Origin: Spirosoma fluviale
GTDB taxonomy: Bacteria > Bacteroidota > Bacteroidia > Cytophagales > Flexibacteraceae
Direction of reading: 5' to 3'
NCBI GenBank assembly: GCA_945883425.1
Contig: CAMCXM010000003.1
Coordinates: forward strand, 1,945 to 65,944
Length of the DNA: 64,000 nucleotides
The translations under genes and the position numbers were made by a program. The notes below the pieces were generated by a model. The model searched no databases and was not told where the DNA came from. It saw only the letters and a list, made by a program, of their open reading frames with translations. Positions within the stretch are counted from its first letter, which is position 1. Each line of letters begins with the position of its first letter. This document shows positions 30,046 to 39,837 of the stretch, piece after piece.

Positions 30046-31368
30046 TTATTTCGCAGATGATAAAACCGGCTGACGGCCAATGGAATAGTAATCAAATCCC
30101 AACTCCTGCATCTGATCCGGCTCAAATACGTTCCGTCCGTCAAAGATCACTTTATTTTTCAGCAGTGAACTGATTTTATCGAACTCCGGTGTGCGGAATT
30201 CCGGCCATTCGGTTACCACCAGCAAGGCATCTGCATCGGTTATGGTATCGTACAAATCGATACCGAATGTGATCTTGTCGCCCATTATCTTCTTCACATT
30301 TTCCTGCGCTTCCGGGTCGTATGCTTTGATCGTTACTCCTTCAGCGAGCAAGGTTCTGATATTTTCAAGTGCCGGTGCCTCACGGATGTCATCGGTGTAA
30401 GGCTTGAAAGCCAGTCCCCAGATGGCAATGTGCTTTCCTTTCAGGTCTCCGTTGAAATGCGCTTTGATGGCCGGAATCAGTTTTGTTTTCTGATTATGAT
30501 TTACCTGCATCACGGACTTCAGAATGCGGAAATCGTAATCGTTGTCAGATGATGTTTTGGCTAACGCCTGAACATCCTTCGGAAAGCAGCTTCCGCCATA
30601 TCCGATACCAGCAAACAGGAAGCGTTTCCCGATCCGGCTGTCTGAACCAATTCCTCTGCGGACTTCATCTACATTGGCACCTACCCTTTCGCACAGGTTG
30701 GCGATTTCATTCATGAAGGTAATTTTGGTAGCCAGAAACGCATTGGCTGCATATTTGGTCAACTCGGCTGAACGCTCATCCATAAACATTACCGGATTGC
30801 CCTGACGAACCAGTGGCGAATAAAGACGCTCCAGAATTTTCTTGGCTTTCTCCGAACGGGTACCAATCACCACACGATCCGGTTTCATAAAATCTTCTAC
30901 CGCTACGCCTTCACGAAGGAATTCCGGATTGGAAACCACATCAAATTCGAATTTCGCTCCTTCGGCTACTCGCTGGGTGACCAGTTCCGCTGTTCCAACC
31001 GGTACAGTTGATTTGTCAATAATGACTGTGTATTGATGCAGAAGTGGACCCAGATCTCTGGCCACACCCAAAATGTAACTTAAATCGGCAGAACCATCTT
31101 CTCCCGGAGGGGTTGGCAATGCAAGGAAAATAATCGCAGCATCCTGAATTCCTTCTTTTAGGTCGTGTGTGAATTTGAGCCTTCCCTGTGCGATATTCCG
31201 GTCAAATAAAACATCCAGACCTGGTTCAAAAATAGGAATAACTCCGTTGCGGAGGCTGGCTACCTTTTCCAGATTGTTGTCTACACAGATTACGGTATTA
31301 CCCGTTTCGGCAAAACAGGTTCCAGTAACGAGACCTACATATCCGGTTCCAACTACAGCGATTTTCAT
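30046..31368 (-). CDS. ugd: UDP-glucose 6-dehydrogenase
   Basis: 440 aa with MKIAVVGTGYVGLV, the catalytic Cys context GGSCFPKD, and the C-terminal UDP-binding domain. Confidence 0.92.
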   Translation of the reverse strand: MKIAVVGTGYVGLVTGTCFAETGNTVICVDNNLEKVASLRNGVIPIFEPGLDVLFDRNIAQGRLKFTHDLKEGIQDAAIIFLALPTPPGEDGSADLSYILGVARDLGPLLHQYTVIIDKSTVPVGTAELVTQRVAEGAKFEFDVVSNPEFLREGVAVEDFMKPDRVVIGTRSEKAKKILERLYSPLVRQGNPVMFMDERSAELTKYAANAFLATKITFMNEIANLCERVGANVDEVRRGIGSDSRIGKRFLFAGIGYGGSCFPKDVQALAKTSSDNDYDFRILKSVMQVNHNQKTKLIPAIKAHFNGDLKGKHIAIWGLAFKPYTDDIREAPALENIRTLLAEGVTIKAYDPEAQENVKKIMGDKITFGIDLYDTITDADALLVVTEWPEFRTPEFDKISSLLKNKVIFDGRNVFEPDQMQELGFDYYSIGRQPVLSSAK

Positions 31369-31491
31369 TGAGAATGATTATTATTTACTTTGAGAATTCG
31401 GCGCCAAAAAAACAAAGGTCTGGGGCGGCATCCAAAATAATGTTGGAGAAACATGGATAAATGTTGGATAAGTATGTTCTTTGAAGTCCCG

Positions 31492-32292
31492 ATGACTGGT
31501 TTCAAAATCTCGTTATTTCATGCAATCCGGAAATGTTCCGGACCCGTTTTTCTTTCCTTCATTCTTTTTTCACCTGCCATTGCACAGGATACAAAACCAA
31601 AAGAAGCCATCAAACTACGATGTCTGATGTTCAATGGATTTGCATCGCTGGCTGTACCCGGCGGAGATCTGGCAACGGATTATGGAACATTCGGAGAAAT
31701 TGGTGGCGGTATTCAGTATCAGACAAAAGAGAAATGGCTTTTTGGTCTGGAAGGCGGTTATTTTTTCGGTAACGGCGTAAAAAAGGACCCGATCCCGAAC
31801 TTACGGACGGAGGACGGAAATGTGATCGGCACCAACGGCAGCGATGCTGTTTTCAAAGTATTTCAACGAGCGGTTTCCATACCTGCCGTACGTTTTGGTA
31901 AGACCTTTCGTTTTTCTAATAAGCCCGCAAAAAATTCCCTCGGCGGTTTCACTGCCGTTGCCGGAGGAAGTTGGTTCAGAAGTTGGACCTACATCCAGGA
32001 CCTAAGTAAAAAAACACCTCAGTTTACAGACGAACTCCGGAAAGGATACGACCGTCTGAGAAGCGGACCTGCCGCCAGTCTCTGGCTGGGATACCTCTAT
32101 CTGCCCGACAATGGCAAACTCAATTTTCACTTTGAAGCCGGCTACACGCAGGCATTCACTAAAACAAACCGATACGATTTTACCACCCAGCAACCCGCTG
32201 GCCAAAAACGAAACGACGGGTTCTTTCAACTGAGAGTACGTCTCTGTTTCGTTGTCAAATCCCGTTCAGAGGATACTGTTTATTATTATTAA
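31492..32292 (+). CDS. hypothetical secreted/outer-membrane protein
   Basis: The start is probably ATG 31492 (MTGFKISLF...[10 protein letters not shown] signal peptide). It is beta-strand rich. No family was recognised. Confidence 0.6.
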   Translation: MTGFKISLFHAIRKCSGPVFLSFILFSPAIAQDTKPKEAIKLRCLMFNGFASLAVPGGDLATDYGTFGEIGGGIQYQTKEKWLFGLEGGYFFGNGVKKDPIPNLRTEDGNVIGTNGSDAVFKVFQRAVSIPAVRFGKTFRFSNKPAKNSLGGFTAVAGGSWFRSWTYIQDLSKKTPQFTDELRKGYDRLRSGPAASLWLGYLYLPDNGKLNFHFEAGYTQAFTKTNRYDFTTQQPAGQKRNDGFFQLRVRLCFVVKSRSEDTVYYY

Positions 32293-32302
32293 AGAATCAA
32301 CT

Positions 32303-32863
32303 ATGTCTATGCAATCGCAGTCTCATACCAATTTCAACCCATGGCACCATGTTCATTTCGGCGACGAAGCACCGGAAGTGGTGAATGCCATTATCGAGAT
32401 ACCGTCCGGCTCAAAAGGAAAATTTGAACTGGATAAAGCCACCGGCCTTCTAAAATTGGACCGTGTCCTTTTTTCTGCTGTTCATTATCCGGCCAACTAT
32501 GGATTTATTCCACGGACCTATTGCGAGGACAAAGATCCGTTGGACATTCTGGTGATTACGTCCATCGAGTTGCCGCACCTTTGTCAGGTCGACGCCAAAG
32601 TAGTGGGTGTGATGCGAATGATTGATCAGGGGGAAGCCGATGATAAAATCATTGCGGTGGCTGCTAACGATATGTCAGTAAACCACATCGACAACATCAA
32701 CGAGCTTCCGATTCATACCATCAACCAGGTACAGCGCTTTTTTGAAGACTACAAAAAGCTGGAGCACAAAGATGTGGTGGTAGAGAATTTTCTCCCGAAA
32801 GAGGATGCGTTCCGCATTATCCGGGATAGCATCCAGACATATAAGGATAAGTTTCTCTGGTAG
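32303..32863 (+). CDS. ppa: inorganic diphosphatase (family I)
   Basis: Start moved to ATG 32303 (MSMQSQ...), 8 nt after the upstream stop. Motifs: [24 protein letters not shown] and DKDPLDILV. Confidence 0.93.
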   Translation: MSMQSQSHTNFNPWHHVHFGDEAPEVVNAIIEIPSGSKGKFELDKATGLLKLDRVLFSAVHYPANYGFIPRTYCEDKDPLDILVITSIELPHLCQVDAKVVGVMRMIDQGEADDKIIAVAANDMSVNHIDNINELPIHTINQVQRFFEDYKKLEHKDVVVENFLPKEDAFRIIRDSIQTYKDKFLW

Positions 32864-32872
32864 AAACTACAT

Positions 32873-34498
32873 CTACTTTACCTCTTTCAATCGATAGAGA
32901 AACAGCCGTTCGTCGGCTTCGACGGTTTTGATCGGATCCCGAAAGGCGATTTCGGTCCAGCGGTTTCCGGTTTCGATGCGATGAGGATTTCCATTGATGA
33001 AGATTGGAGCCGGGTATTGAAAGTCCTTGACCTCTGTTTTCCAGCGGAAGGCAATCGTTCCTTCTCCATCTTTCAGCACTCTTCTGAATTCCAGTTCCGG
33101 CCATTGGGTCTTATCCAGAAATTGTTGAAAAAAAGGCGAAAGGTCCCTTTTCAGAAAGGCTGACATGTGCTTCTGCAACGTTATAGACGAAACGGGTTTC
33201 ATCCCAAATTGAGAACGAATCGACCTCAGGCAATCGAACCAAAGGACGTCATCGTTCACAATAAACCGTAAACTGTGCAGCGTCCAGGAACCTTTGTAAT
33301 ACATGTCAGAATCCTTCCAATCATGAAAATACACATCCCGTTCTCCATGAACCGGTGACTTATTTTTAATCTTCTTTTTCTGAAAAACCAGATAATCCAT
33401 CGCCTTTTCCTTGCCCTGCAACGCTTCTACATACAGCGCCTCTGAGTAGGTGCAAAACGATTCATGAATCCACAAATCGGCATGATCATTGGCGGACGTG
33501 TAATTTCCCCACCACTCGTGGCCTGTTTCGTGCATCACAATATAATCGAACCCAAACGCTTCGTTCTCAAATTTATCACCATAGGCAATGCATGACTGGT
33601 GCTCCATTCCCAGATAGGGCGTCTGTACCAGTTTGTATCCATCATTCGGAAACGGGTAATCGCCAAACTGACGGCCCAGTACGGACAATACCGTTTTTGC
33701 CTGCACCCACTGATTTTTTGCTTTCTCCAGATCTTCCCGCAACGCATAGAAGTTCATCTTCAAAACTTTACCCGAAACCGGAAGAAGGACGGTATCGCTC
33801 CAGGTCTGATACGCAGCCGCATTGAAGGTAACATTGTACTGATTAATCGGGTAGGTTACTTTATAAGAATACTGGTAGGTTGAATCGGATATGGCTTTCC
33901 GACCGAGAAACTGTCCGTTACCAACGGCCACCAGATTCCGCGGAACTTCGTATTGCAGGAAGACCGAATCGGGTTCATCAGCCGGATGGTCTTTGGACGG
34001 AAACCAGAGACTGGCTCCTTCGCCTTCGCAGGAAACACCAATCCATGGAAGGCCATCGGAATCGGTTTCCCAGACAAAACCTCCATCCCATGGCGGATCG
34101 GCTGCGGTATGCGGATGACCTTTGTACACGACATCCAACCAGAATTTTTTACCGGGCTCAATCAGAAACGGAAGTTGCAGCACCACCGACGAACCCATTC
34201 GTTTCCATTTCGCGGTTCCTCCCGACGTCTCGATGGATAAAATATCGAAAGATTGGTCAAGGTCAATCTGCAGGCTGCGGGATTCGGATAATCCGGTACA
34301 GAAAATCCGGTTGGTTCCGGAAAGATAGCGGGTAGCCGGATCCACTTTCAGTTGGAGATGATACTGATTGAGGTCGTAGCAACTCCGGTTGGCGTGATAG
34401 GAACCACGCAGGGAATCGAGGGCTGTGTATTTCTGAGCCTGAATAGAATAAACGGTAACCAGCGAAAAATAAAGTAGAGTGAGAATCCTCTTTTTCAT
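32873..34498 (-). CDS. M1-family zinc metallopeptidase
   Basis: 541 aa with a signal peptide, the HExxH motif in VMHETGHEWWGN, and a downstream Glu in WIHESFCTY. Confidence 0.9.
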   Translation of the reverse strand: MKKRILTLLYFSLVTVYSIQAQKYTALDSLRGSYHANRSCYDLNQYHLQLKVDPATRYLSGTNRIFCTGLSESRSLQIDLDQSFDILSIETSGGTAKWKRMGSSVVLQLPFLIEPGKKFWLDVVYKGHPHTAADPPWDGGFVWETDSDGLPWIGVSCEGEGASLWFPSKDHPADEPDSVFLQYEVPRNLVAVGNGQFLGRKAISDSTYQYSYKVTYPINQYNVTFNAAAYQTWSDTVLLPVSGKVLKMNFYALREDLEKAKNQWVQAKTVLSVLGRQFGDYPFPNDGYKLVQTPYLGMEHQSCIAYGDKFENEAFGFDYIVMHETGHEWWGNYTSANDHADLWIHESFCTYSEALYVEALQGKEKAMDYLVFQKKKIKNKSPVHGERDVYFHDWKDSDMYYKGSWTLHSLRFIVNDDVLWFDCLRSIRSQFGMKPVSSITLQKHMSAFLKRDLSPFFQQFLDKTQWPELEFRRVLKDGEGTIAFRWKTEVKDFQYPAPIFINGNPHRIETGNRWTEIAFRDPIKTVEADERLFLYRLKEVK

Positions 34499-34593
34499 TC
34501 CAAAGGCGATTGGTAAGTTGTTAATTTGCGGCCCGTTTTACAGAACCGGGAAGGATCCAAATCGGGAATTCCCCCGAAATAGACGCATTTCTG

Positions 34594-37029
34594 ATGAAAA
34601 TATCGCATAGCTGGCTACAAAAACTCATTCATCTTCCTGAAAATCAAATCCAGATTTCTGGCCTTCTCACCGGATTGGGACTGGAAGTGGAAGCCATTGA
34701 GCACGTAGAAAAGATAAAAGGAAACCTCGAAGGACTGGTGATCGGTGAAGTGATCACCTGCGCCAAACACCCGGATGCCGACAAACTGAGCAAGACCACC
34801 GTGGATGTGGGAGGAGCCGAACCTTTACACATTGTGTGCGGCGCTCCCAACGTAGCAGCTGGACAAAAAGTGGTGGTGGCAACCGTTGGCGCAACCTTGT
34901 ATCCGTCTGAAGGCGATGCGTTTACCATTAAGAAATCAAAAATCCGTGGCGAGCTTTCCGAAGGGATGATCTGTGCCGAAGACGAGATTGGTCTGGGCCA
35001 CAGCCATGCCGGAATTATGATTCTGGATACGCCACTGGCCAATGGAACGCCAGCTGCCAAATATTTCAATCTGGAAGCCGAAATCGTGTACGAAATCGGC
35101 CTGACACCCAACCGTGTAGATGCAGCTTCGCATTTTGGGGTAGCCCGGGATCTGAAAGCGATTCTGAACCGGCCGGTTGTTTTTCCAGAAATTCTGGATC
35201 TGGCCTCCTACACAAAAAAAGGAGCGGTTTCGGTTGATTTACAGGATACCGATGGCTGTACGCGATACGCCGGATTATACATTGAAAACGTCACCATCGG
35301 ACCTTCTCCTGAATGGATGCAGGTGGCGCTGAAAAGCATCGGCCTCAATCCGATCAATAATCTGGTGGACATTACCAACTATGTTCTCCACGAACTGGGC
35401 CAGCCTATGCATGCCTTCGATTCCGCAAAACTAAGTGGCAATGCCATCGTGGTGCGCAGAGCCAAAGCCGGTGAAAAACTGGTGATGCTGGACAAATCTG
35501 AAAAAACATTGACCGAAGAGGACCTCATCATTGCCGATTCTCAGAAACCTCTCGCCCTTGCCGGCGTGATGGGTGGCGATGAGTCGGGAGTACGGACAGA
35601 GACAAAATCGGTTTTTCTGGAAAGTGCCTGTTTCAATCCGGCGACGGTAAGAAAATCCTCTCAGAAACACAGCCTGAAATCAGATTCCAGTTTCCGTTTT
35701 GAGCGGGGCACCGATCCGAATATGGTGGTGAAAGCCTTATCGAGAGCGGCCTTTCTGATTGAATCGACGGGTGCCGGAAAAGTCGAGTGCCTGTTTTCCG
35801 ATCAGTATCCGAATCCCATCGAAAACAAAAAACTGACGGTGAAGTGGCGGAACATCAACCGCCTCATTGGCGAAGAACTTCCCCGTGACACCGTGTACCA
35901 GATCCTTGAAAATCTGGATATTAAAACCCGTCCGCTGGATGAATACGGCCATCCCGGTTTTGAAGAAGAATTCGAAGCCGAGATTCCGCCCTATCGTGTG
36001 GATGTGGAACGTGAAGCCGACATCACCGAAGAAATTCTGCGGGTGTATGGCATCGACAACATAAAAATTGATTCTGCTCTGCGTACCGATTTCATTTCGA
36101 GTCGCGATGAGTCCCGTCCGGAAAAACTGAACCAGCGGGCCTCACAGTTGCTGGCCGATATGGGTTTTGTGGAGATCGTGACCAATTCGCTCACGCACCC
36201 GAACCTGCTGGAAGGAATGACGGAATTTGATATGGAAGCCAGTGTTCCGTTGTTGAACCGTTTGAGCGAAGACCTCGGCGTAATGCGCCAGACCTTGCTG
36301 TTCTCCGGACTGGAAGCCATGGCCTACAACATCAACCGGAAACAGAACAATCTCAAGTTGTTCGAAATCGGCAAAACCTATTCCCGCCACGAAGGGAAAT
36401 ACAGCGAGCGATACGGTCTGGGCATGTACTTAACCGGACTTTGGAACGACTCGTCCTGGGAATCGGGTGACGAGAAAGTGCAGTATTACCACCTGAAAAA
36501 GAGCATGGAAAATCTGCTCACCCGGATCGGGATAACCGGCATCCAGTGGAGAGAAGAGGCGCCGTCGTATCTGGGCTATGGCCAGACTTTGTACTGGAAC
36601 AACCGAAAAGCAGGTTTTGCCGGATTGGTGAAATCCGATGTAGCGAAACGCAAAGAAGTGAAGCAGCCGGTTTTGTTTGGACTGATCGACTGGGAAATGG
36701 TTCGGGCAGCGAAGGCTCCGAAACTGAAAGTAAAGGAAGTGTCGAAATTCCCGGAAGTGGTTCGTGATCTGTCGGTGGTGATTGACCAAAAGACAGGCTT
36801 CGAGACAATTGAAAATCTGATTCGCAGCACCAACAAAAAACTGATCCGTTCGATTTCGGTGTTTGATGTGTACCAGGGCGACAAGATTGAGGCCGGTAAA
36901 AAAGCCTACGCCATGTCGATTGTGTTGCAGGACGAAGAGCAAACACTCACCGATTCCAAAATCGATTTCACCATGAATGCCATCATTTCGAAACTGGAAA
37001 AGGACATCAATGCTGTGATCCGGAAATAA
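34594..37029 (+). CDS. pheT: phenylalanine--tRNA ligase beta subunit
   Basis: 811 aa. It begins MKISHSWLQ and contains the tRNA-binding, B3/4, B5 and FDX-ACB domains in the canonical order. Confidence 0.97.
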   Translation: MKISHSWLQKLIHLPENQIQISGLLTGLGLEVEAIEHVEKIKGNLEGLVIGEVITCAKHPDADKLSKTTVDVGGAEPLHIVCGAPNVAAGQKVVVATVGATLYPSEGDAFTIKKSKIRGELSEGMICAEDEIGLGHSHAGIMILDTPLANGTPAAKYFNLEAEIVYEIGLTPNRVDAASHFGVARDLKAILNRPVVFPEILDLASYTKKGAVSVDLQDTDGCTRYAGLYIENVTIGPSPEWMQVALKSIGLNPINNLVDITNYVLHELGQPMHAFDSAKLSGNAIVVRRAKAGEKLVMLDKSEKTLTEEDLIIADSQKPLALAGVMGGDESGVRTETKSVFLESACFNPATVRKSSQKHSLKSDSSFRFERGTDPNMVVKALSRAAFLIESTGAGKVECLFSDQYPNPIENKKLTVKWRNINRLIGEELPRDTVYQILENLDIKTRPLDEYGHPGFEEEFEAEIPPYRVDVEREADITEEILRVYGIDNIKIDSALRTDFISSRDESRPEKLNQRASQLLADMGFVEIVTNSLTHPNLLEGMTEFDMEASVPLLNRLSEDLGVMRQTLLFSGLEAMAYNINRKQNNLKLFEIGKTYSRHEGKYSERYGLGMYLTGLWNDSSWESGDEKVQYYHLKKSMENLLTRIGITGIQWREEAPSYLGYGQTLYWNNRKAGFAGLVKSDVAKRKEVKQPVLFGLIDWEMVRAAKAPKLKVKEVSKFPEVVRDLSVVIDQKTGFETIENLIRSTNKKLIRSISVFDVYQGDKIEAGKKAYAMSIVLQDEEQTLTDSKIDFTMNAIISKLEKDINAVIRK

Positions 37030-37047
37030 GCCGGACGGCCTCCACGT

Positions 37048-38865
37048 ATGAAAACATTCTGGCGTCTCCTCTCCTACTCCAAACCATACAGCGGCTTTTT
37101 GCCGGAGTACATTGTGCAGGCATTACTGGCGGTGATGTTTGGGGTGTTCAATTTTTCGCTTCTGATTCCTTTGCTGAATGTCCTTTTCGGAACCGTTCAG
37201 ATGCCGGAAAAGCTGGTGATGCCCGAAGCCGAATTGTCGGTAAAATATGTGGTGGCGCTTTTCAACTACCAGATGTACAGCCTCATCCAGACCAAAGGAC
37301 TGGAATACGCCCTGTTCTTCATCTGCGGGATCATTTTCGTTTTCATCTTCCTGTCGAATCTCTTTAAGTACACCTCGCAACGTGTGATGACCCGGATGCG
37401 GTCGAACCTGATGCGGAATCTGCGGCAGGATATTTTCCGGAAATACACCGAGCTCAATTTCTCCTACCTCAACAACCAGAAAAAAGGAAACCTCATCACC
37501 ATAATCAGCAACGATGTACAGGACATTGAGTTTTCTGTTCTCATTTCGCTGGAAGCCGTTTTCCGGGAGCCGCTTCTGATCATTGGCTATTTCTCCTTTC
37601 TCTTTACCATTTCGCCTCAATTGACGGTTTTCACCATTCTCTACCTGCCAGTGGCGGGTTTGATGATCAATCTGGTGAGTCGCCGTCTGAAAAGTGGCGA
37701 TGGCCTGGCACTTATGAGCAACCTGATTTCGACCACCGAAGAAACCCTGGCTGGTTTGAGGGTAATCAAGATTTTCAATGCTGAAAAATTTGTGCGGGAC
37801 CGGTTTGACGACAACAACAATGCCTTTCGGAACTACATTAAAAACTGGCTCAACAAACGGGAAATGGCCTCACCGTCCTCAGAAATTCTCGGTGTGCTTT
37901 CTGCAATCGGGATCATTTTATACGGCGGCCATCTGGTGATCAACAAGAGTTCGGAGCTTGATGCTTCGCAGTTCATCACCTACATTGTGATTTTCTCTCA
38001 GATCTTGAGTCCGGCCAAAGCCATGGCCAATGCTTATGCCACTCTGCAACGTGGACTGGTGGCGGGAGACCGGATTTTCACCATCATGGATCTGGAAAAT
38101 GACATCAAAGAAATTGACCAACCCAAAGAACTGCCCGCTTTTTCAAGGGGCGTTTCGTTTGAGAATGTGTCGTTCTCATACGGACAGAACACCGTACTGA
38201 ACAGCGTGTCGTTTACCGCCGAGAAAGGTAAAATGCTCGCACTGGTTGGTCCTTCCGGTGGAGGAAAATCCACGATTGTGGACCTGATGGTTCGTTTTTA
38301 CGATCCGGAAAGCGGGGTGATCCGGGTGGATGGAGAAGACATCCGCAACCTGCGCATTTTTGATTTGCGGAATCTGTTCGGGATGGTAAACCAGGATACG
38401 ATTCTGTTTAACGACACCATCTTCAACAACATCGCCTTCGGGAATAAAACCGCCACCCAGGACCAGGTGGAACGGGCCGCCAAAGTGGCCAATGCGCACA
38501 ACTTTATTATGGAAAGCGAGAACGGGTACCAGACCCGCATTGGCGACCGGGGTTCGAAACTATCGGGGGGTCAGCGGCAACGTATTTCCATTGCCCGGGC
38601 CATTCTGAAAGATCCGGCCATTCTCATTCTGGACGAAGCCACTTCGGCACTCGACACCGAATCTGAGAAACTGGTGCAGGACGCCATCTCCAATCTGATG
38701 ATCGGCCGCACCTCGGTTGTAATCGCCCACCGCCTCAGCACCATCCAGAACGCCGACCAGATTCTGGTGCTGGAAAAAGGCCGCATCGTTGAAACCGGCA
38801 CGCACCAAAGCCTTTACAACCAAGGCGGTCTGTATAAAAAGCTGGTGGATTTGCAGAGTTTGTAG
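37048..38865 (+). CDS. ABC transporter permease/ATP-binding protein (MsbA-like exporter)
   Basis: 605 aa with six TM helices plus an NBD. It carries Walker A GPSGGGKST, the signature LSGGQRQR, and Walker B ILILDEATS. Confidence 0.93.
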   Translation: MKTFWRLLSYSKPYSGFLPEYIVQALLAVMFGVFNFSLLIPLLNVLFGTVQMPEKLVMPEAELSVKYVVALFNYQMYSLIQTKGLEYALFFICGIIFVFIFLSNLFKYTSQRVMTRMRSNLMRNLRQDIFRKYTELNFSYLNNQKKGNLITIISNDVQDIEFSVLISLEAVFREPLLIIGYFSFLFTISPQLTVFTILYLPVAGLMINLVSRRLKSGDGLALMSNLISTTEETLAGLRVIKIFNAEKFVRDRFDDNNNAFRNYIKNWLNKREMASPSSEILGVLSAIGIILYGGHLVINKSSELDASQFITYIVIFSQILSPAKAMANAYATLQRGLVAGDRIFTIMDLENDIKEIDQPKELPAFSRGVSFENVSFSYGQNTVLNSVSFTAEKGKMLALVGPSGGGKSTIVDLMVRFYDPESGVIRVDGEDIRNLRIFDLRNLFGMVNQDTILFNDTIFNNIAFGNKTATQDQVERAAKVANAHNFIMESENGYQTRIGDRGSKLSGGQRQRISIARAILKDPAILILDEATSALDTESEKLVQDAISNLMIGRTSVVIAHRLSTIQNADQILVLEKGRIVETGTHQSLYNQGGLYKKLVDLQSL

Positions 38866-38928
38866 AGGGAGAAGAAAATCGTTTAATTTTCAAATGAATT
38901 TGAGATATTTTTGAATTATCAAATTCAA

Positions 38929-38936
38929 TATATTTG
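38929..38936 (+). promoter_or_regulatory. Bacteroidota-type -7 box (TAnnTTTG) upstream of the DUF433 gene
   Basis: TATATTTG lies 12 nt upstream of ATG 38948, which implies a very short leader. This is a motif match only. Confidence 0.4.
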
Positions 38937-38947
38937 CATACAATCAT

Positions 38948-39187
38948 ATGAATCAGAAATTCCCAAATATTGTAGCCACACCCGGGATCGTTTCAGGCAG
39001 GCCCCGAATTATTAATACAAGGTTATCTGTGGAGTTTATTTTAGGTTTGATGGCGGATGGGTCAAGTGTTGAAAATATAGTTTTGGCTTATCCACAATTA
39101 ACAGTTGAGCAAGTAAGGGAAGCCATCCGTTTTGCCACCGATTCGTTGCGACAAGATCACTTCGTGGAATTTCAAAGAGCATCTTGA
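38948..39187 (+). CDS. DUF433-domain protein (putative antitoxin)
   Basis: 79 aa with the DUF433 core: P.IVSGRPRI.NTRLSVEFILGLMADG.SVE.I...YPQLT.EQV.EAI.FA. Confidence 0.85.
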   Translation: MNQKFPNIVATPGIVSGRPRIINTRLSVEFILGLMADGSSVENIVLAYPQLTVEQVREAIRFATDSLRQDHFVEFQRAS

Positions 39188-39214
39188 TTCTTTCAGAAAT
39201 AACTTGGCTGGCAG

Positions 39215-39577
39215 ATGAAAAACGTTCAGTTTCCTGTTATCCATTTCCTCCGAAAAAATGGTTGGAATGTAGAATCTGTAAAAGAAATGGGTTGGGATTC
39301 CAAATCTGATGAAGAAATTCTACACTATACTGTCACTCAAAATATGGGTATCTTAACTCAGGATATCGACTTCGGCGAGTTGGTGTTTAAATCGAAAAAA
39401 GACTTTATAGCCATTTTGCGTTTCTGGCCGGGACACATTAGTTCCGATTTGATCATCAGTCACTTACAACCGATCTTATTGCAAAAATTTGACATTGCTA
39501 TCCCGTTTTTGATGACCATAGAAATTCGGGATAACAAATCAACTTTTGGAATTCGAATCAGAGAAGTCAAGAAGTAA
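39215..39577 (+). CDS. DUF5615-family PIN-like protein (putative toxin), N-terminus possibly frameshifted
   Basis: 120 aa counted from the internal ATG. The body (VIHFLRKNGWNVESV...SDEEIL...GILTQDIDFGEL) fits DUF5615. The expected N-terminal W-L-A-D-E motif lies upstream in another frame (39205-39219). Confidence 0.75.
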   Translation: MKNVQFPVIHFLRKNGWNVESVKEMGWDSKSDEEILHYTVTQNMGILTQDIDFGELVFKSKKDFIAILRFWPGHISSDLIISHLQPILLQKFDIAIPFLMTIEIRDNKSTFGIRIREVKK

Positions 39578-39780
39578 GTAAAACCCATGGCGGTGCGGCC
39601 GGAGCTATTATTTTGAGTACATTTTTCAATGTCCCAATTGCCGGAGCCAATTCAACACAGAAGAAGCCAAACAGGAAATCGTTCAATCCCCGGGATTGTT
39701 TGGGAATGGCACTGAGTAGGTATACGAAATCAATGATGGGAACTTAGGTTCTAAGCCGGATAATCTATGATTGACAAATG

Positions 39781-39837
39781 ATAATGTTTATGATTTCAAA
39801 CAAATAATCTATTTTTGTCCGAAATCATAAACATTAT
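39781..39837. promoter_or_regulatory. 17-bp perfect inverted repeat flanking the XRE gene promoter (putative operator)
   Basis: ataatgtttatgatttc (39781-39797) is the exact reverse complement of gaaatcataaacattat (39821-39837). The 23-nt spacer contains a TAnnTTTG box (TATTTTTG, 39810-39817). The right arm overlaps ATG 39836. Confidence 0.55.

Noticed and set aside
35431-38823. Many 60-170-aa minus-strand or off-frame ORFs inside pheT and the ABC transporter gene (e.g. 36430-36942, 37123-37620, 38176-38499).
   Set aside because: They overlap genes with unambiguous conserved motifs on the plus strand. Their translations are Arg/His/Gly-rich nonsense typical of antisense frames in GC-richer genes.
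39582-39719. An open stretch encoding ...RCGRSYYFEYIFQCPNCRSQF..., which looks like a zinc ribbon.
   Set aside because: It has no start codon (the frame opens right after a stop with no ATG/GTG/TTG nearby), is only ~45 codons long, and contains a single CxxC pair. That is not enough support for a gene.
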